DNA of 64,000 nt from Bugula neritina (lineage: Eukaryota > Animalia > Bryozoa). Shown here piece after piece: positions 1 through 12,881 of the stretch (within the stretch, counting starts at the first letter, position 1; every line of letters begins with the position of its first letter). Position numbers and translations under genes: made by a program. The notes below the pieces were generated by a model, which ran no database searches, was not told the DNA's origin, and saw nothing but the letters and a program-made list of their open reading frames with translations. The DNA lies in assembly GCA_964035545.1 (NCBI GenBank), contig OZ037769.1, positions 4,011,929-4,075,928 of the forward strand, written 5' to 3'.

Positions 1-22
1 ATATCACTATTTGTATATGCAT

Positions 23-3000
23 TTAAATATTAACTAAAGCAGATATAGGTACCAATACATCTACAGATAAATTTAATTTCAATATCTGTATAATGTGTTT
101 TTCAATTGATGTGCTTTAATTTTAATTTAGATGTTGTGTATCAGTGTTGTTTTTTACTCTGATGATATAAGTTAGCCTATCAGAGCATAATCTTTTTATT
201 CACATTTTTAAAGGACAAATTTCATTTTTGGAAAAAGTAGAAACAGTTCTGTGTCTGTGTGATTGTTAAAAGAATATAAGTAACGACGAACCTGGTTGGT
301 CAGATACATTCATGTCTTCCATTAATCTGTTATAAAATCGAGTGCCGGCAGCACCTACAGTGGACCACCAAAAACAATATACTGCAATATGTTTGTAGGT
401 TTGTGTTAAACAGTTTGCAACAGAATTACGATTGTTTTCAAATCAAAAGGTTAGCCGTTGAAATAAATGAAGTTGATCGAACAATAAATGTTATATGGTA
501 GCATATAGTGATGGGTAGTCAACAACATGTAGACTATTTAGTGTTTCAACAGACCTTTAGCAAAGAAATTACAACTTTTTCACCAACATATGCAGTCACA
601 GTATGGTTTGGACTTGTGCAGCAATTGAACAAAAATGATGTTTTAGGTTCCAATAGTTTTAAAATAAAGCAAAGATTTTATAAAAACATTTAATGTACAA
701 CTCTCTTTACACATACCTTCAATCTTTTCGATTCTTTCCTTAAGTTTTTCAATTACTTTTGCTTTCCATTTTGATGCTTTCTTCAAAGTTGAATATACAT
801 GACATTGTAGTGTGAAGAATTTATTTATTTAATTAGTATAAACACCACCAACTATATTTTTATTTTGCAATAAAATGCAAATTCTATGCATATCTGTGGG
901 TTTTAATAACACATTTTGAAAGCAGTAAGAATGCAGTAATTTTTTGACATTAGGGAGTTTTCAACCCGATCAAAAAGTGTATAACGGTGAACATTCTTTC
1001 TAGCATAATATATGATGTATTATACTGGTAATAAAATACCTCGAACATTTTCTTTGTTGATTCTTAAAATGGCCAATAATACTTTAATATCCTTAATTAT
1101 ATATCATAAATTAGCTATAGTTTACCCAATTAGTGAACGTAATGTTTGTTAACTCGAAACTTCTATTTAGTATACATCAATAGATAAACACATTGTAAAA
1201 CTATTGCAAGTCTTAATAAGACAAAAATAGCAATCCACAATTAATACAGCATAAGCTAAAATATTAGGCATAGGTGTGTATCTATTTATCTAATATAAGC
1301 AGTTTACCTTCCACATAGACAAGTCATTGCTAAGTCTCCTCAAAGTAGCTTGCTGTACAGACATCTGGTTAGCGAGGAGAGCTGATTCATTTTCAGACAT
1401 TAGTTCAAATGTCTGAGTCACAGTGTCTCTTCTGGCAAGAGTTGGTAAGACACTACTTCCTGTTTGTACATATGTTAGTAGCATATGACACATGTCAGTA
1501 GTATGACACATGTCGCTAATATGACACATGTCACTAATATGACACATGTTAGTATAGTATGACACATGTCACTAATAGGACACATGTTAGTAGTATGACA
1601 CATGTCACCAATATGACATATGTTAGTAGCATATGACACAAGTCACCAATATGACACATGTCAGTAATATGACACATGTTAGTAGTGTGACACATGTTAG
1701 TATAGTGTGACACATGTCACTAATATGACACATGTCAGTAGTATGACTCATGTCACTAACATGACACATGTCAGTAGTGTGACACATGTCAGTAGCTAGT
1801 GTGACACATGTCACTAATATGACACATGTTAGTAGTTTGACACGTGTCAGTAGTGTGTAGTAGTGGCAGGTGTAAGTGTAGGTATAGGTGTAGGTATAAT
1901 CACAGGTACAGCAATTATATATAGTCTGTTTAAGGGCAGTCAATCAATTTTTGAGCTATTTTTAATAAAGTTAACGAAAGAAAATAAAGTAGGCTACTTT
2001 AAAACTAGTTTTATAAAACCGAAGCTGTACGTTTACAGAAAGAAGTAAAAGCAAGACCTTTAGCTGCATTTTGAACATTTTTATAATGTTAAAAAATCTT
2101 ATGCCAAAAACTATAACAAGTTGACCATTTAAAACTCAATTTCAATATTTATTGTCATAATAACTATATGTTAATATGTATGCAACAGGTACCTTGGCTA
2201 ATGAAGTTATGAGAGGATGTGGATGAGTATTGAACTAAGCGTTGACAGTACTCTGTTGACTTCATGACGTTCTCTAGAACCTTCTTTACTTGAGTCATCT
2301 CTGACTCGCAGGACTGATGATTCATCACCACGGCTTGGAGGTTATCAATTTCTCGTCTCAGCTTGTGGATGACCAGCTCCAGATATACGCACTTGTCTGT
2401 TGCCATCTTTAACCTTGAGTCACATTGTTTCTAGAAGTAAAACTGTGCTACTGAAATGTTGCAGTATTTACGTACATTAGTTTAGTTTTATTAAAATATT
2501 TTTCTGGAAAGTGTTTTACTGCAAACCCAAAAACTTTAATTTAATTAATTAGAATATAACATTCTGGGCACATCTACATTAATCTTTAATTGTATGTTGT
2601 AAATCAATAGCCTTCTAATACATAAGTATCAAAATTAACAACCAGTTTTTAACACCTAATGGATAATCAAATAAGTTTGAAAAAGTGAGTCCACAAATAA
2701 AAATGATCTGCAAGGTTTCAATATTTTTTTAGATTCTTATGCTAATTGTAAAAGCCAAACTTCCAATTTACATCTATGCTGTCAAAAATGGATATTTATG
2801 CATGTTTCAAATTTCTCTGCAGTCAGCTAATTTTAGTAAGAACACTACAATACACAGCATTTAAGTAACTAATAAACTTATAAAAAATATGAAAACTGAT
2901 CCTTTATTATATAATAGTTTATATGAAAGCCTCAAAGGTAATTGAGTTTTAACTTAAACCCTGATGGCAGCAAAGTATTTCAAGCATGCTAAGGACTGCA

Positions 3001-6000
3001 GCACCTCTCAGTATCACACTAGCAACATGTAGGTTAAATAATATTACGCTAATATTACACATATAGCCTAGCTATTACATAACTGAGGCACATGCTGCTT
3101 ATTACAGATATATTACTAAAACATATATTATTTATTACCCAAATAATATATTATCAAGGTATATATAGTTACATTATTAGGAGACATCACCACACAGACA
3201 TACTTATATTACATTAACAAGGCATATATCACTTATCACGCATACAGATATCAGATTACTAAAGAATATTTCTGATGCCTACCAACTCGGCTGTCAGCTC
3301 AGCATTCCTCTGTGTGATTTCAGAAACTTTCTGCTCTAATCTGGTGACATGAATGTGAGCTACACTCAGTTTTGTCATCTGGCTAATTGCTCGCTACAAA
3401 CAAACAGTACAACTTTGTAAACAGCATGTCTTTAAATCAATTTACTTGATCAAATATCTCTATTATCAGTTGTTCAAACTAAATTTCAAATATTTTGCTT
3501 AATTTATCAAAATAATTTCTTGGAATAAAGCAAAATATTGTTAAAAGTTTTTCTGTAAACCAAAAGCTGCATGACCACTGTATTTTATTGCTTAATAAAA
3601 CAAATAAAAGTTTTATTCAGGTTATTTTCAGCGTTCTATAAGAAATTGAGTGAATTTCTATAGATTTAGTAGTTTCCTTATACACATTGTGGATATGCTC
3701 ACATGCAGCTTTAACTCAACTAACATATTTAGTTTCATTAAAATTGAACTATAAGGATATATTATTTTTCTGCAACTTTCAACAAATTTGTAGAAAAGTA
3801 ATGTCAAAATACTTTATTGTCTGTGTAAGACTTGAAATACAAAATCATTATGAGCTTTTAAACTATACTTGAGTATATTGGCCTATTACATTTTCCGATA
3901 CAAACACCTACTCTCAATAACGTATTACACAATAAATTAATGAACATATAATATTGCAATACAATATTATTATATATAAGGAATTTGATAAAAGTAACAC
4001 AAACAGGATGTACTCACTTCTCGACTATTCCTGTGGCGTTTCTCATAAAACTGCAGATCAGAGAATTTTCCACACGTTGTGAAACTGATGGCGTACAGCT
4101 GGGTTTTCAAAATGTTTAGCCCTACAATTACAGCGTGTGTCAAAATCTTGTAGAAATGTGATAAGATGCATAGTATATTATTTTAATTCAGGTAAAACCT
4201 TCTATTATATGTATTGAAATATCCTACAAATAACTAACATAATACAATTTAAAACCTATGCGTAGCTACAAGCAATTTGCTTCAACTGTACAAGTCCTGT
4301 AACTAGCACCACTAAAGTGTAAAGTGAATAAATTTACAACAAATTATCATTTTTTCCCACATAAACTTATTTATATGCATTATATTTGTTAAGATGAAAT
4401 AGATTTAGTAAATTAGAAACTATAGTCAGTAAGAAGATGATACGTACATTTACGAGAGATTGGGTTTGTGGTAAGTTTCTGAATCTCTTCCACACAGACT
4501 GAAGACACTGAAAATGCTGCATCAATATTATTACCATAATCAGTGTTTAGCAGCTCCTCTGTAAAATAATAATGCAGCAAATAATACATAATGTAGTATA
4601 ACAAAATACAACATAAAATGATGGCATAACAAATAATACACTGCAGTATAACATATTATTACATAATATGATAATATAAAAATATCACATAATATAATCA
4701 GATAAAATTATCACATAATATCATAATATAAAAACATAAAAATATCACATGATGTAATAGTATAACAAATAATACCTAATATAGTATTATAATAAGAAAT
4801 ACAGCATAATATAAAAGTACCAAAATAGCGCATAAAATAAAAATATTATATTAAAAAAATATATAGTAAAATTATACCTGTATAGTAGTAATCCAAAAAT
4901 ATAAGCTATTAAATGTGAAATAACAGTTTTATGAGACATATTATAAAATGTGTGTCTCTCAAGTTTGTACAGTTTCAACAAAAAATTTTGTAACTTGAAT
5001 TTTAATCTAGCAGCTTTACCCGGAACAGGAAAAGGTAGCTGAATAGTTTTTAGATGCTCTTTCCAGCCAATCATACCAGCCTCTTTCAATATGCTGTAGC
5101 CAATCCGACGAAGTTTCTTAATAGCGTTGAATGTATTAATCATTGCTTCACTGAAAAACAAAGTTAGTAATTTTTAGTTCTTGTATTGCACATGCTGCAA
5201 GAAATTTGGTAGCAGAAAATACTTTTTTCGTTATGAGATTTTTCATTTTTTACTTATTTTGCTGTTTTTAGCAAATAAATAGAAACATTAAAATCGTTTC
5301 AAAATTGCATTTAAAAGTCAAAAAAGTATTTAAATGTAAATACATTTATGTAAAGCATTTTCTAAAGAATAATTTAAACTTGACAATTTTGTTGCTTCTA
5401 TTACCTACATAAAAGTGTATATACAGTAGATCATTTTAGCAAGTTTCTTTACAAGTTATGTTTAGAAAAAACATGCATTTCATATTTTTTCAAGTATGCT
5501 TTCAGTGTGTTTTAGTTTGGAAAATTAATACTGCATTGGCCAAAAAATAAGATTCCAAGATAAAGAAATGTCCAGAATTCATAGCTTCTACATGATTACC
5601 TTGTAGGCTATGGTTATTATTGAAAACAAAAGCAATGCTATTAGCTGAACAGCTATCTAAAATTTAACTTCTGAAAATGTATTTGCCTTGAATTTCAATG
5701 CAATCGTAATATTACAGGTATATTACAATCCAATACAATAATTTAATAGTACAATGACTTCTAATGTAATCCTTTATTATTACAGTTATCTGAAACATTT
5801 ATGTTATCACAGTGTAAGAGTTTTCAGATGTTAGCTAATTGCTTAAATGTAACCCTGCAATACTAAATTCATAACTCACACACTACAACAACCAGCTATT
5901 ATATGTACTCACTTTATTTGGCTTACGATGAGGTTAACATCCTGCTCTTCTGCCAGGAGTATTGATGATGGACATGTGTCCAATAGCTACAGATAAATCA

Positions 6001-9000
6001 ATCAATATTAATCAATGAATGTGTACATTATGCTACCATAAGGCAGCATTATAGAGTACATTTATAACATGATGATATAATATTTGGTGTATTGCTTGTA
6101 TTAAGTTATAAAGGCGTTACGTCACAGCATATTCCTACAATAAGCAAACATATTATAATATAATTTAAATGAGAAAATACAAGCATGTCAATTTATAAGG
6201 AATGCTTATAGCATACTGCCATAGAGTATATTGTGATTTCATAACAGATCTGGACTATATAAAGCGGTTTTTAGAAATTATCTAATAGTGAGTGCCTTCC
6301 TATATCAGTACATTTTACACTAGGCTAGCAGGTTTTTTACTGTAGGGTTTTTAAAAAGTTGAAATTCTACTGCAGCAGGTAAAATAATGACAATATATAC
6401 TTTTTTATATAACAAGTTGGAACCTGCATGGTCTAAAGATGATTCTGAATTTCGTATTGAAACATTCGAATGTTGTGTATTATAGAGTACTAATTAGTGA
6501 ACATTACAAAGTTTTCTCAAACAGCCCTATCGCTATAGTCAATGAAATAAGAGATATTCTACATTACCGTCCCAATCTTTTGAAAGTAAAATAGTTTTAA
6601 TTAAGCAACTGAAGCGGCATATGAGTGCTTCTTTTTGACGAAACTGAAACTGATGGTATCAGACAGTCCCTATATCAATTCTGATTCCCAGCTTTTCATA
6701 AAGCTTTTTCCTTAAACTGTTTTTTGAAAGTAAAAACTAAGGAAAAACCAAAACTGTATGCTCACTATTTTTATTTGAGCAACTCTCAGCCACTCTGCAA
6801 GTTCTTCTAGAATAGTCCGTTTATCTAAAGAATCGTTGTTGAATGTCTTAACCAAGCTGGAGATTACTAATCTGTGTTCTAACTCTTGCCGTCTCATCTC
6901 ATTGTCTAACGGGTTTAAAGGAAACCCCTATGAGCATGTGCAAAAGTTTACAAGTAATTGGTACAGAGTTTGAATACAATTGTCTATCAAATGAAATGGT
7001 GACACAATTAAAAATAAAAGATTATAAGTCTACAAGTTGAAAAAATCATCAAGTTTCTACATGTATAGCACACATCACATTTATTTATTGAACTGAATTG
7101 ATAATGTAGTAAAAATGTGTAATTGTAGCAGCAATACTAAATTATAGCATGTGAAATTAATTGTAGCAACAATACTATAGTAGAGAATGTGTAACTGTAG
7201 CAGCAATACTGTAATGCAGCATGTGTAACTGTAGTAGCAAAATTGTAGCATAATATTATGCACAATTGTAGCAACAATACTGTAGCATAACATGTGTAAT
7301 TGTGGTAGCAATACTGTAGTCTAACATGTGTAACTGTAGCAAGAATACTGTAGCATAACATGTGTAACTGTAGCAGCAATACTGTAATCTAAGATGTGTA
7401 ACTGTAGCAGCAATACTGTAATCTAAGATGTGTAACTGTAGCAGCAATACTGTAATCTAACATGTGTCACTGTAGCAGCAATACTGTAGTGCAACATGTG
7501 TAACTGTAGCAGCAATACTGCAGTGTAACATGTGTAACTGTAGTAGCAATGTTGTAGTGTAGCATGTGTAAAGCTATACTCACTGAGATGTCCCAGTCAA
7601 AGCCGGCTTCTGTTAAACTTGTATTGACTCTCTTGAGAATCTTCTGTAACCTGGCAGCCATTCCCAGACGTAGCTTGTCATAGATAGACAGAGCTACGGT
7701 CTCTGCATTTTTAACAGTTTGACTGTGTAAATCATAGTCTTCACTGGTAGGATCTGGCTATATATATATAACTATTATAATATAATAATTGTAAATATAT
7801 ATATATATATATATATTTACAATTATTATATTAAAATAGTTGAGAATTATTTGCAAGATCACACATACTCGTATTATTTGCTTTCATTGAGGAAACCATT
7901 AACTCAGAGCTATTATTTGAGCTTACTGAGGAGTTTTCCCAACAGCTACGCAGTTTTCCTTTCCATACCAAAGGGGGGAAAAAAGTAAACCATAGCTCTA
8001 TATTAGTTCAAGTATGTGAGGATAATAGGACTAGAAATTATTATTTTAACGATTTGTGTCAACCATGTCTAATAAAACACAAGTTTATCAAAGTCACTCA
8101 CTCGTATAACTCTCATGGTACCCCAGCCGGTTGGAGAAGGAATTGGCTTTGTCACTGACTGTTCTTCTTCTACTTCATCAGCATTTCGCTACATTCAGAG
8201 CAAAAATAGACTCGTGAGTGAATCCAGCATTGTTAACTACATTATAGCTCACAGCATGCAGCTTCTAGAAAATTCTTGTCAGTTTTGGCAGTTCAAAGTA
8301 TCGTCAGCCTTTAGGCTTTCAGTTGGCAAGTATGTTATTGGATCAACATGTTTGTTCAAAATATTTTCAATCCTATAATAATATATCCTTCATTAATATT
8401 TTAACCAAACGTTTATAAAAAAAATTGAAGTAGCCTGCTATAATTTATGCCAATTAACTTTTTATAAGTTGTGCACAAATTATTTATGATTTAGAAATTG
8501 TTTATTGCCTACCAAAGAGCATAAGTTATTTCTAGTTAACTTTTTTTCTGTTTAATTGAAGACTTCAGTAGATGATACTGTTATATGAACATTTTGAATT
8601 ATATAGCACAAAATTATTCTACCTAATGTACAGAGAGAGCACAACTACAAATAGAGCCAAATTAGCAACAATAACATTATGAAGTATAATGCAGTGATTA
8701 CCAATAACACGATGGGTCTATAAGAGAGTAAGTGTGCAAAAGAAGGCATAATATGGGCATTCAAAGAATAGAAAAAAAGTACATGCATAAGGTTTAGATG
8801 AAAAATACATTAGAATATATGGAGAGAAAAATTGTGAATTCATGCATAAACTAAGAATGTGTAAGGATGTGTAGATGGGAGTGTCTAACCCAAAAACAAG
8901 GATTGCTGGGTACCACTCACAAAGACAAGCACTCTAACAACAAGGTCCTTACATATCACAGTTGTAGAAGCTTGAGTTAATGTGCTGTAGCCAAGCCAAG

Positions 9001-10508
9001 CAACACGTACAAATAAATCAACCCCAAGCTGTACCTATTACTTTGTGAGTTAATGAACAAATACATAACTATCAGAATCAGATAAATAAATAGTGTTTTA
9101 GAAACTCTTAATTTTATAAAACCGCTTCATAATTTTCATAGCCGACAACACAGTACTTACAGGGTTGTTATTTGAATCTATACTTCCCTTAGGCCCATTC
9201 CTACAAAATAAGAGATACGAGTTTTTACGTTTAGTTTTAAAGAAGGAAGATGATCTGTGTGCTCAGGCGTACATACTTCTTCCTACTAGTGTTTCACTTT
9301 ACCTACAACCAGGTAAGTATGAGGTTTTTGGTAATACTCTGTTAAGCTATTAGAAAAAATAAGAAGCAATAACATTTCATACTTGAGGATGTTCGGCATT
9401 TTTTAATTTTTTTTCTTGTTATCTACTCGTATACATGTGTTTATGATGCTATCAAAGACTATAGAGTTTGTAATGGTAATTACTACAATTAATTTGGAAA
9501 TCACTTGATGCAGCACAAAGGTTAGGATCAGTTATTGAGGAAATTCTTAAGAAATGGTGGCTTATGGTATACTGACCCCAAGCATTGCGTTGTATCTATC
9601 GATTCCTAACTTACTTGCCGGCATCCGTAGAAAGTTTGCCTTCAGTATTAGTTTCAGCACCACTCTGAGCTTTCCTTTTTTTAAGAAGTCGCTTAGAAGC
9701 TTCAGCTAGCTAGTGTAATGTAAATCAATAAACACTATAAGTTTGTATTTCGTAATAGAGAAATTAACTGGCAGGTGATGCAATATGTTTGGATTTCAAT
9801 TCTTCTAAAAGTTGATAATTTTAACATAAAAGTATCATTACTATTATACTACTAATATTACTACCAACATTCCTGCTAATGTAACTACTAATAGTAATAT
9901 TAGCAGTAGTAGTATTAATATTAGTAGTAATAATAATATTGACTTTAGGTAAAACTGGCACAGGTAAAATGGCACAGTAAACATGGCACAGGTAAGAATA
10001 GCACAGGCAATAATGGCACAAATGTAACACGGGTAAAAATGCAAACTGATGTTAAATTTTCCCAACCCCAAACCCAAACCCCCAACCTTTAAACTCCAAC
10101 CCCAAAATTTAAACCCTAATATTGAAAATGTGCCATCTTGACTTACTTTGCCGCTTGTGCCATTATTACCTCTGCCACGATTTTCCGTGCCACCTTTACA
10201 TTGTCATTTATACCACTGCTATTTTTACCGGACATCAGTAAGATTATTAGTGGTAGTACTGGTAGCAGCAGTGGCAGTAGCAATACAAATTATCACTAGT
10301 AAAACTAGTTATTTGGAGTTTTTAAAACTTTTAGTTGTCTTAAACCTAGTTACAAAAAATAAACCATTCAGGTTGAATTGAGAAAGATGCAAACTTTTTT
10401 CCAAAGATTTCGAAAAATATAACTTACAGCCATGTCAGTTGAAAGCTCTGCCATTTGCGCTATTGATAGAAGTTTTCTGCTCTTGTCTGTCTGCTTGACA
10501 CCCTTCAT
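23..10508 (-). CDS. Uncharacterised multi-exon protein (~570 aa) with coiled-coil-like C-terminal half; 3' end uncertain
   Basis: Phase-compatible GT-AG exons on the minus strand: 10508-10428 (MKGVKQTDKSRKLLSIAQMAELSTDMA), 9709-9615, 9200-9161, 8188-8102, 7757-7584, 6927-6766, 5986-5913, 5150-5020, 4558-4454 (or 4448), 4121-4018, 3393-3283, 2430-2193, 1459-1308, 780-717, 354-292 and a tentative terminal exon 60-23 (TAA at 25-23). The spliced frame is open. Heptad-like segments include VTRLEQKVSEITQRNAELTAEL and VIHKLRREIDNLQAV. No family recognised; the gene may continue beyond the window start. Confidence 0.75.
1468..1860. repeat. Minisatellite, ~18-21-bp unit with core TGACACATGT
   Basis: About 20 degenerate copies next to the acceptor at 1460; source of spurious ORFs. 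Confidence 0.9.
7100..7570. repeat. Minisatellite, 35-bp unit (catgtgtaactgtagcagcaatactgtaatctaa-like)
   Basis: About 13 copies starting just inside the donor at 7583. Confidence 0.9.
7770..7841. repeat. Near-perfect 72-bp palindrome centred on (AT)n
   Basis: aactattataatataataattgtaaa(ta)n tttacaattattatattaaaatagtt; one mismatch between arms. Confidence 0.85.
9941..10236. mobile_element. Foldback/MITE-like element with arms of tandem ~15-bp units
   Basis: The left arm has tandem GGTAAAAATGGCACA-like units (9948-10040) and the right arm has inverted TGTGCCATTATTACC-like units (10129-10230). The spacer is (CCCAAA)-like. No clear TSD. Confidence 0.65.
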
Positions 10509-10960
10509 AACTTTGCCTTTGTAAAAACCTAAAAATTACTCTAAAATGGGAAATTGGTTTGAAGTTAGATAATTTGTAGCTGCCTGTTATCATTTGAAGT
10601 ATTCTAAACTTTTATGAAGCCACTAAGCAATTTTTTAGAAAATCTTTTTTGTTAATGATGATGAAACAGAAATCAACATTTTTTTAGTTTTTTATGGTGA
10701 ACCTTTTTTACTCAAATACCAAATTGTAGTTGGAATCTAAAAAAATTTGGCTAAAACCTCAGAGTAAATGAAAACATGCAGAAAAATTTCCGGCAGACAT
10801 TTTAAAAAGCTAATCGAAATTCCTATATAGTTGTATTTCGTTCTTTAAATTTAAAAAAAATATACGCACGCACCACCACCACCACCACCTCCACCACCAC
10901 CACACAGTTATTGCATAAAGCGACTTTTACGCTCTGGTCTGATACAATGAATAAACTTAC

Positions 10961-11161
10961 GTTTGTCTATAGCTGTATGTTTAAATAGATCTTAGGCTAT
11001 GGAATTCTCTGTCTCAGGCTGTAAATATTTCCAGTTTAAGCAGAGGAAAGTTCAAGTCAATACCCTCTTCAATACTGGTGAAAACTTTTACATGATATAT
11101 AAGCAATCAATCCAGTAGGTTCCATGCTAACCCCATCTTTATTGGTAGGCCTCAGCTGCCT
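10961..11161 (-). other. Probable non-coding 5' UTR exon of the uncharacterised minus-strand gene
   Basis: Bounded by ttgtattag (acceptor) and gtaagt (donor) on the minus strand. It has an in-frame stop relative to the ATG at 10508, and the ATG exon begins at an acceptor (~10528), so an upstream exon is required. Confidence 0.4.
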
Positions 11162-12881
11162 CTAATACAATTTACACACCTTTTGTGAGTTCCATAAAAT
11201 TTATCTTTATAGTACTGTACCAGTTATACCATCCAAATCAAGGTTGACCCAACAAAATTACTTCTCCTTTGTGTATATTTGTTATTGTATAAGCCTGACT
11301 ATATGCTTAAACTATAAAACACATTTTTTGACTGGCCATAAATTATTCCATGCATATGATGGTTCAATATAATAATATTAATGATTCATATTTATATACC
11401 ATTTATACATGTTATACTATGTTTTCACCAATCTTATTGTTAAACTGATTAACTAACGAAATAAGCTTATTCTTTAGCAAGCAACAAATTTACCAAATAC
11501 CAAAAATATTACATATATTGAAATATTACATTTGCCATAACATATATTACCAGGATATTATATTAAAAGATGTGTTAGTTAGTTTTAACAAATTTTTAAC
11601 CCACGTATGAGTTATATTTTGTATATAGCTCCTTTCTATAATATATTTTTTACTATGCAGACATAATATTTATTAGAATGATGAGAAATAATGTGCTTCC
11701 TGATCGTGTGGCATAGCAATGTCAGTTTGAGCTATAATCAAATCTCCAACAAATAAAATGTACATATCTTTTTGAAGTATTGACAATATTATTAGTTGCA
11801 GTGGTTTATCTAAAGTTTGGTGATAATATTGATGATGTATATTATTTAATTCTTTGATTATACTAAATCTTTAGCTTACTGGGAGTTGTCTGTCTTGGAA
11901 AGGGTCTTGTGAGTCAAGCATTAATTAGTACATCAAACCATCAACATATTATTATAAACTCTAATTTTGGCTATGATTGCATAATATAATATTTTATAAG
12001 GTTTGTAGAAGCCATGAAATATATTCAGCGTCATAATAGATAATAAATATTTTTATTGCAATGAAAAATGTGAGAAGCCATATCAACTGATTTATAGCAA
12101 ATAAGCATAATATTATTCACTGAATTGCAGGTTTAGATATTTAGGCACATTTATTGTAAAAATATGCAGACTTGTTTTCAAATTTACACCAAAATTATAT
12201 ATAATTATATAATTATGGTTTTACTGCTATATTTCTATAGTGGAACTATGATGGTGATTTTGCTTTGGTAATATAAACATCATAATAAACGTATGAAGCT
12301 AGTGGTGTAGAATATCACTCCATGCACAATACTTTTAAGTTTTAATTATTCAAACTATAAGACAATGGAGATTCAAATTTTCCTTTAATATACAACATTT
12401 TATGCGTATAATTAGCAGCCAGAGTAAAAATAAGTTGTCAAGATTTACAAATAAAACTAAGAAAATAATATTAGTAGTTATGCATCACATTTGTAACCAT
12501 TGCTAGAAATTACATGAAGTTACTGTAGAAAAACCAGGAAACAAGGAATAAATTGAAAGCTGGTATGATGTTTTTATTGAAGAATATACACCCAGCAAGC
12601 TATATGTCCTATATTATTAAACATATTCATACAGCATGAAGGAAAACATGATTATAATGCTAATGAATTATACAGTAAACAAATATGAAATAAATGGAGG
12701 GAGTAGTTATTAAAAAAATCAACCTTATAAAAAGCCAAGATTGATAACATAACTTTGGTAGAAATGAAACAGTGTTACAGAATTAATTAATACTGCTTTA
12801 TTAGAGTAAAGCTAAAAATGAGACACTGTTTAAACTACATAATATCACAGTACAGCAGATAGTTGTGCATTCTATAGGGAG

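Noticed and set aside
4560-4900. ORF extensions rich in Y/I/L/F here and at 35270-35560
   Set aside because: Low-complexity TAT/TGT intron sequence adjoining real exons
8253-8372. 120-nt exon-like segment on the minus strand with an in-frame TGA (possible selenocysteine or extra exon)
   Set aside because: All three frames contain stops, the flanking exons join in frame without it, and no SECIS was identified; at most a poison exon
8921-8933. 13-nt AG/GT-bounded microexon candidate in gene 1
   Set aside because: It would shift the frame and no compensating exon was found
10055-10120. Interstitial telomere
   Set aside because: Short, degenerate CCCAAA-like spacer inside a foldback element, not a (TTAGGG)n array
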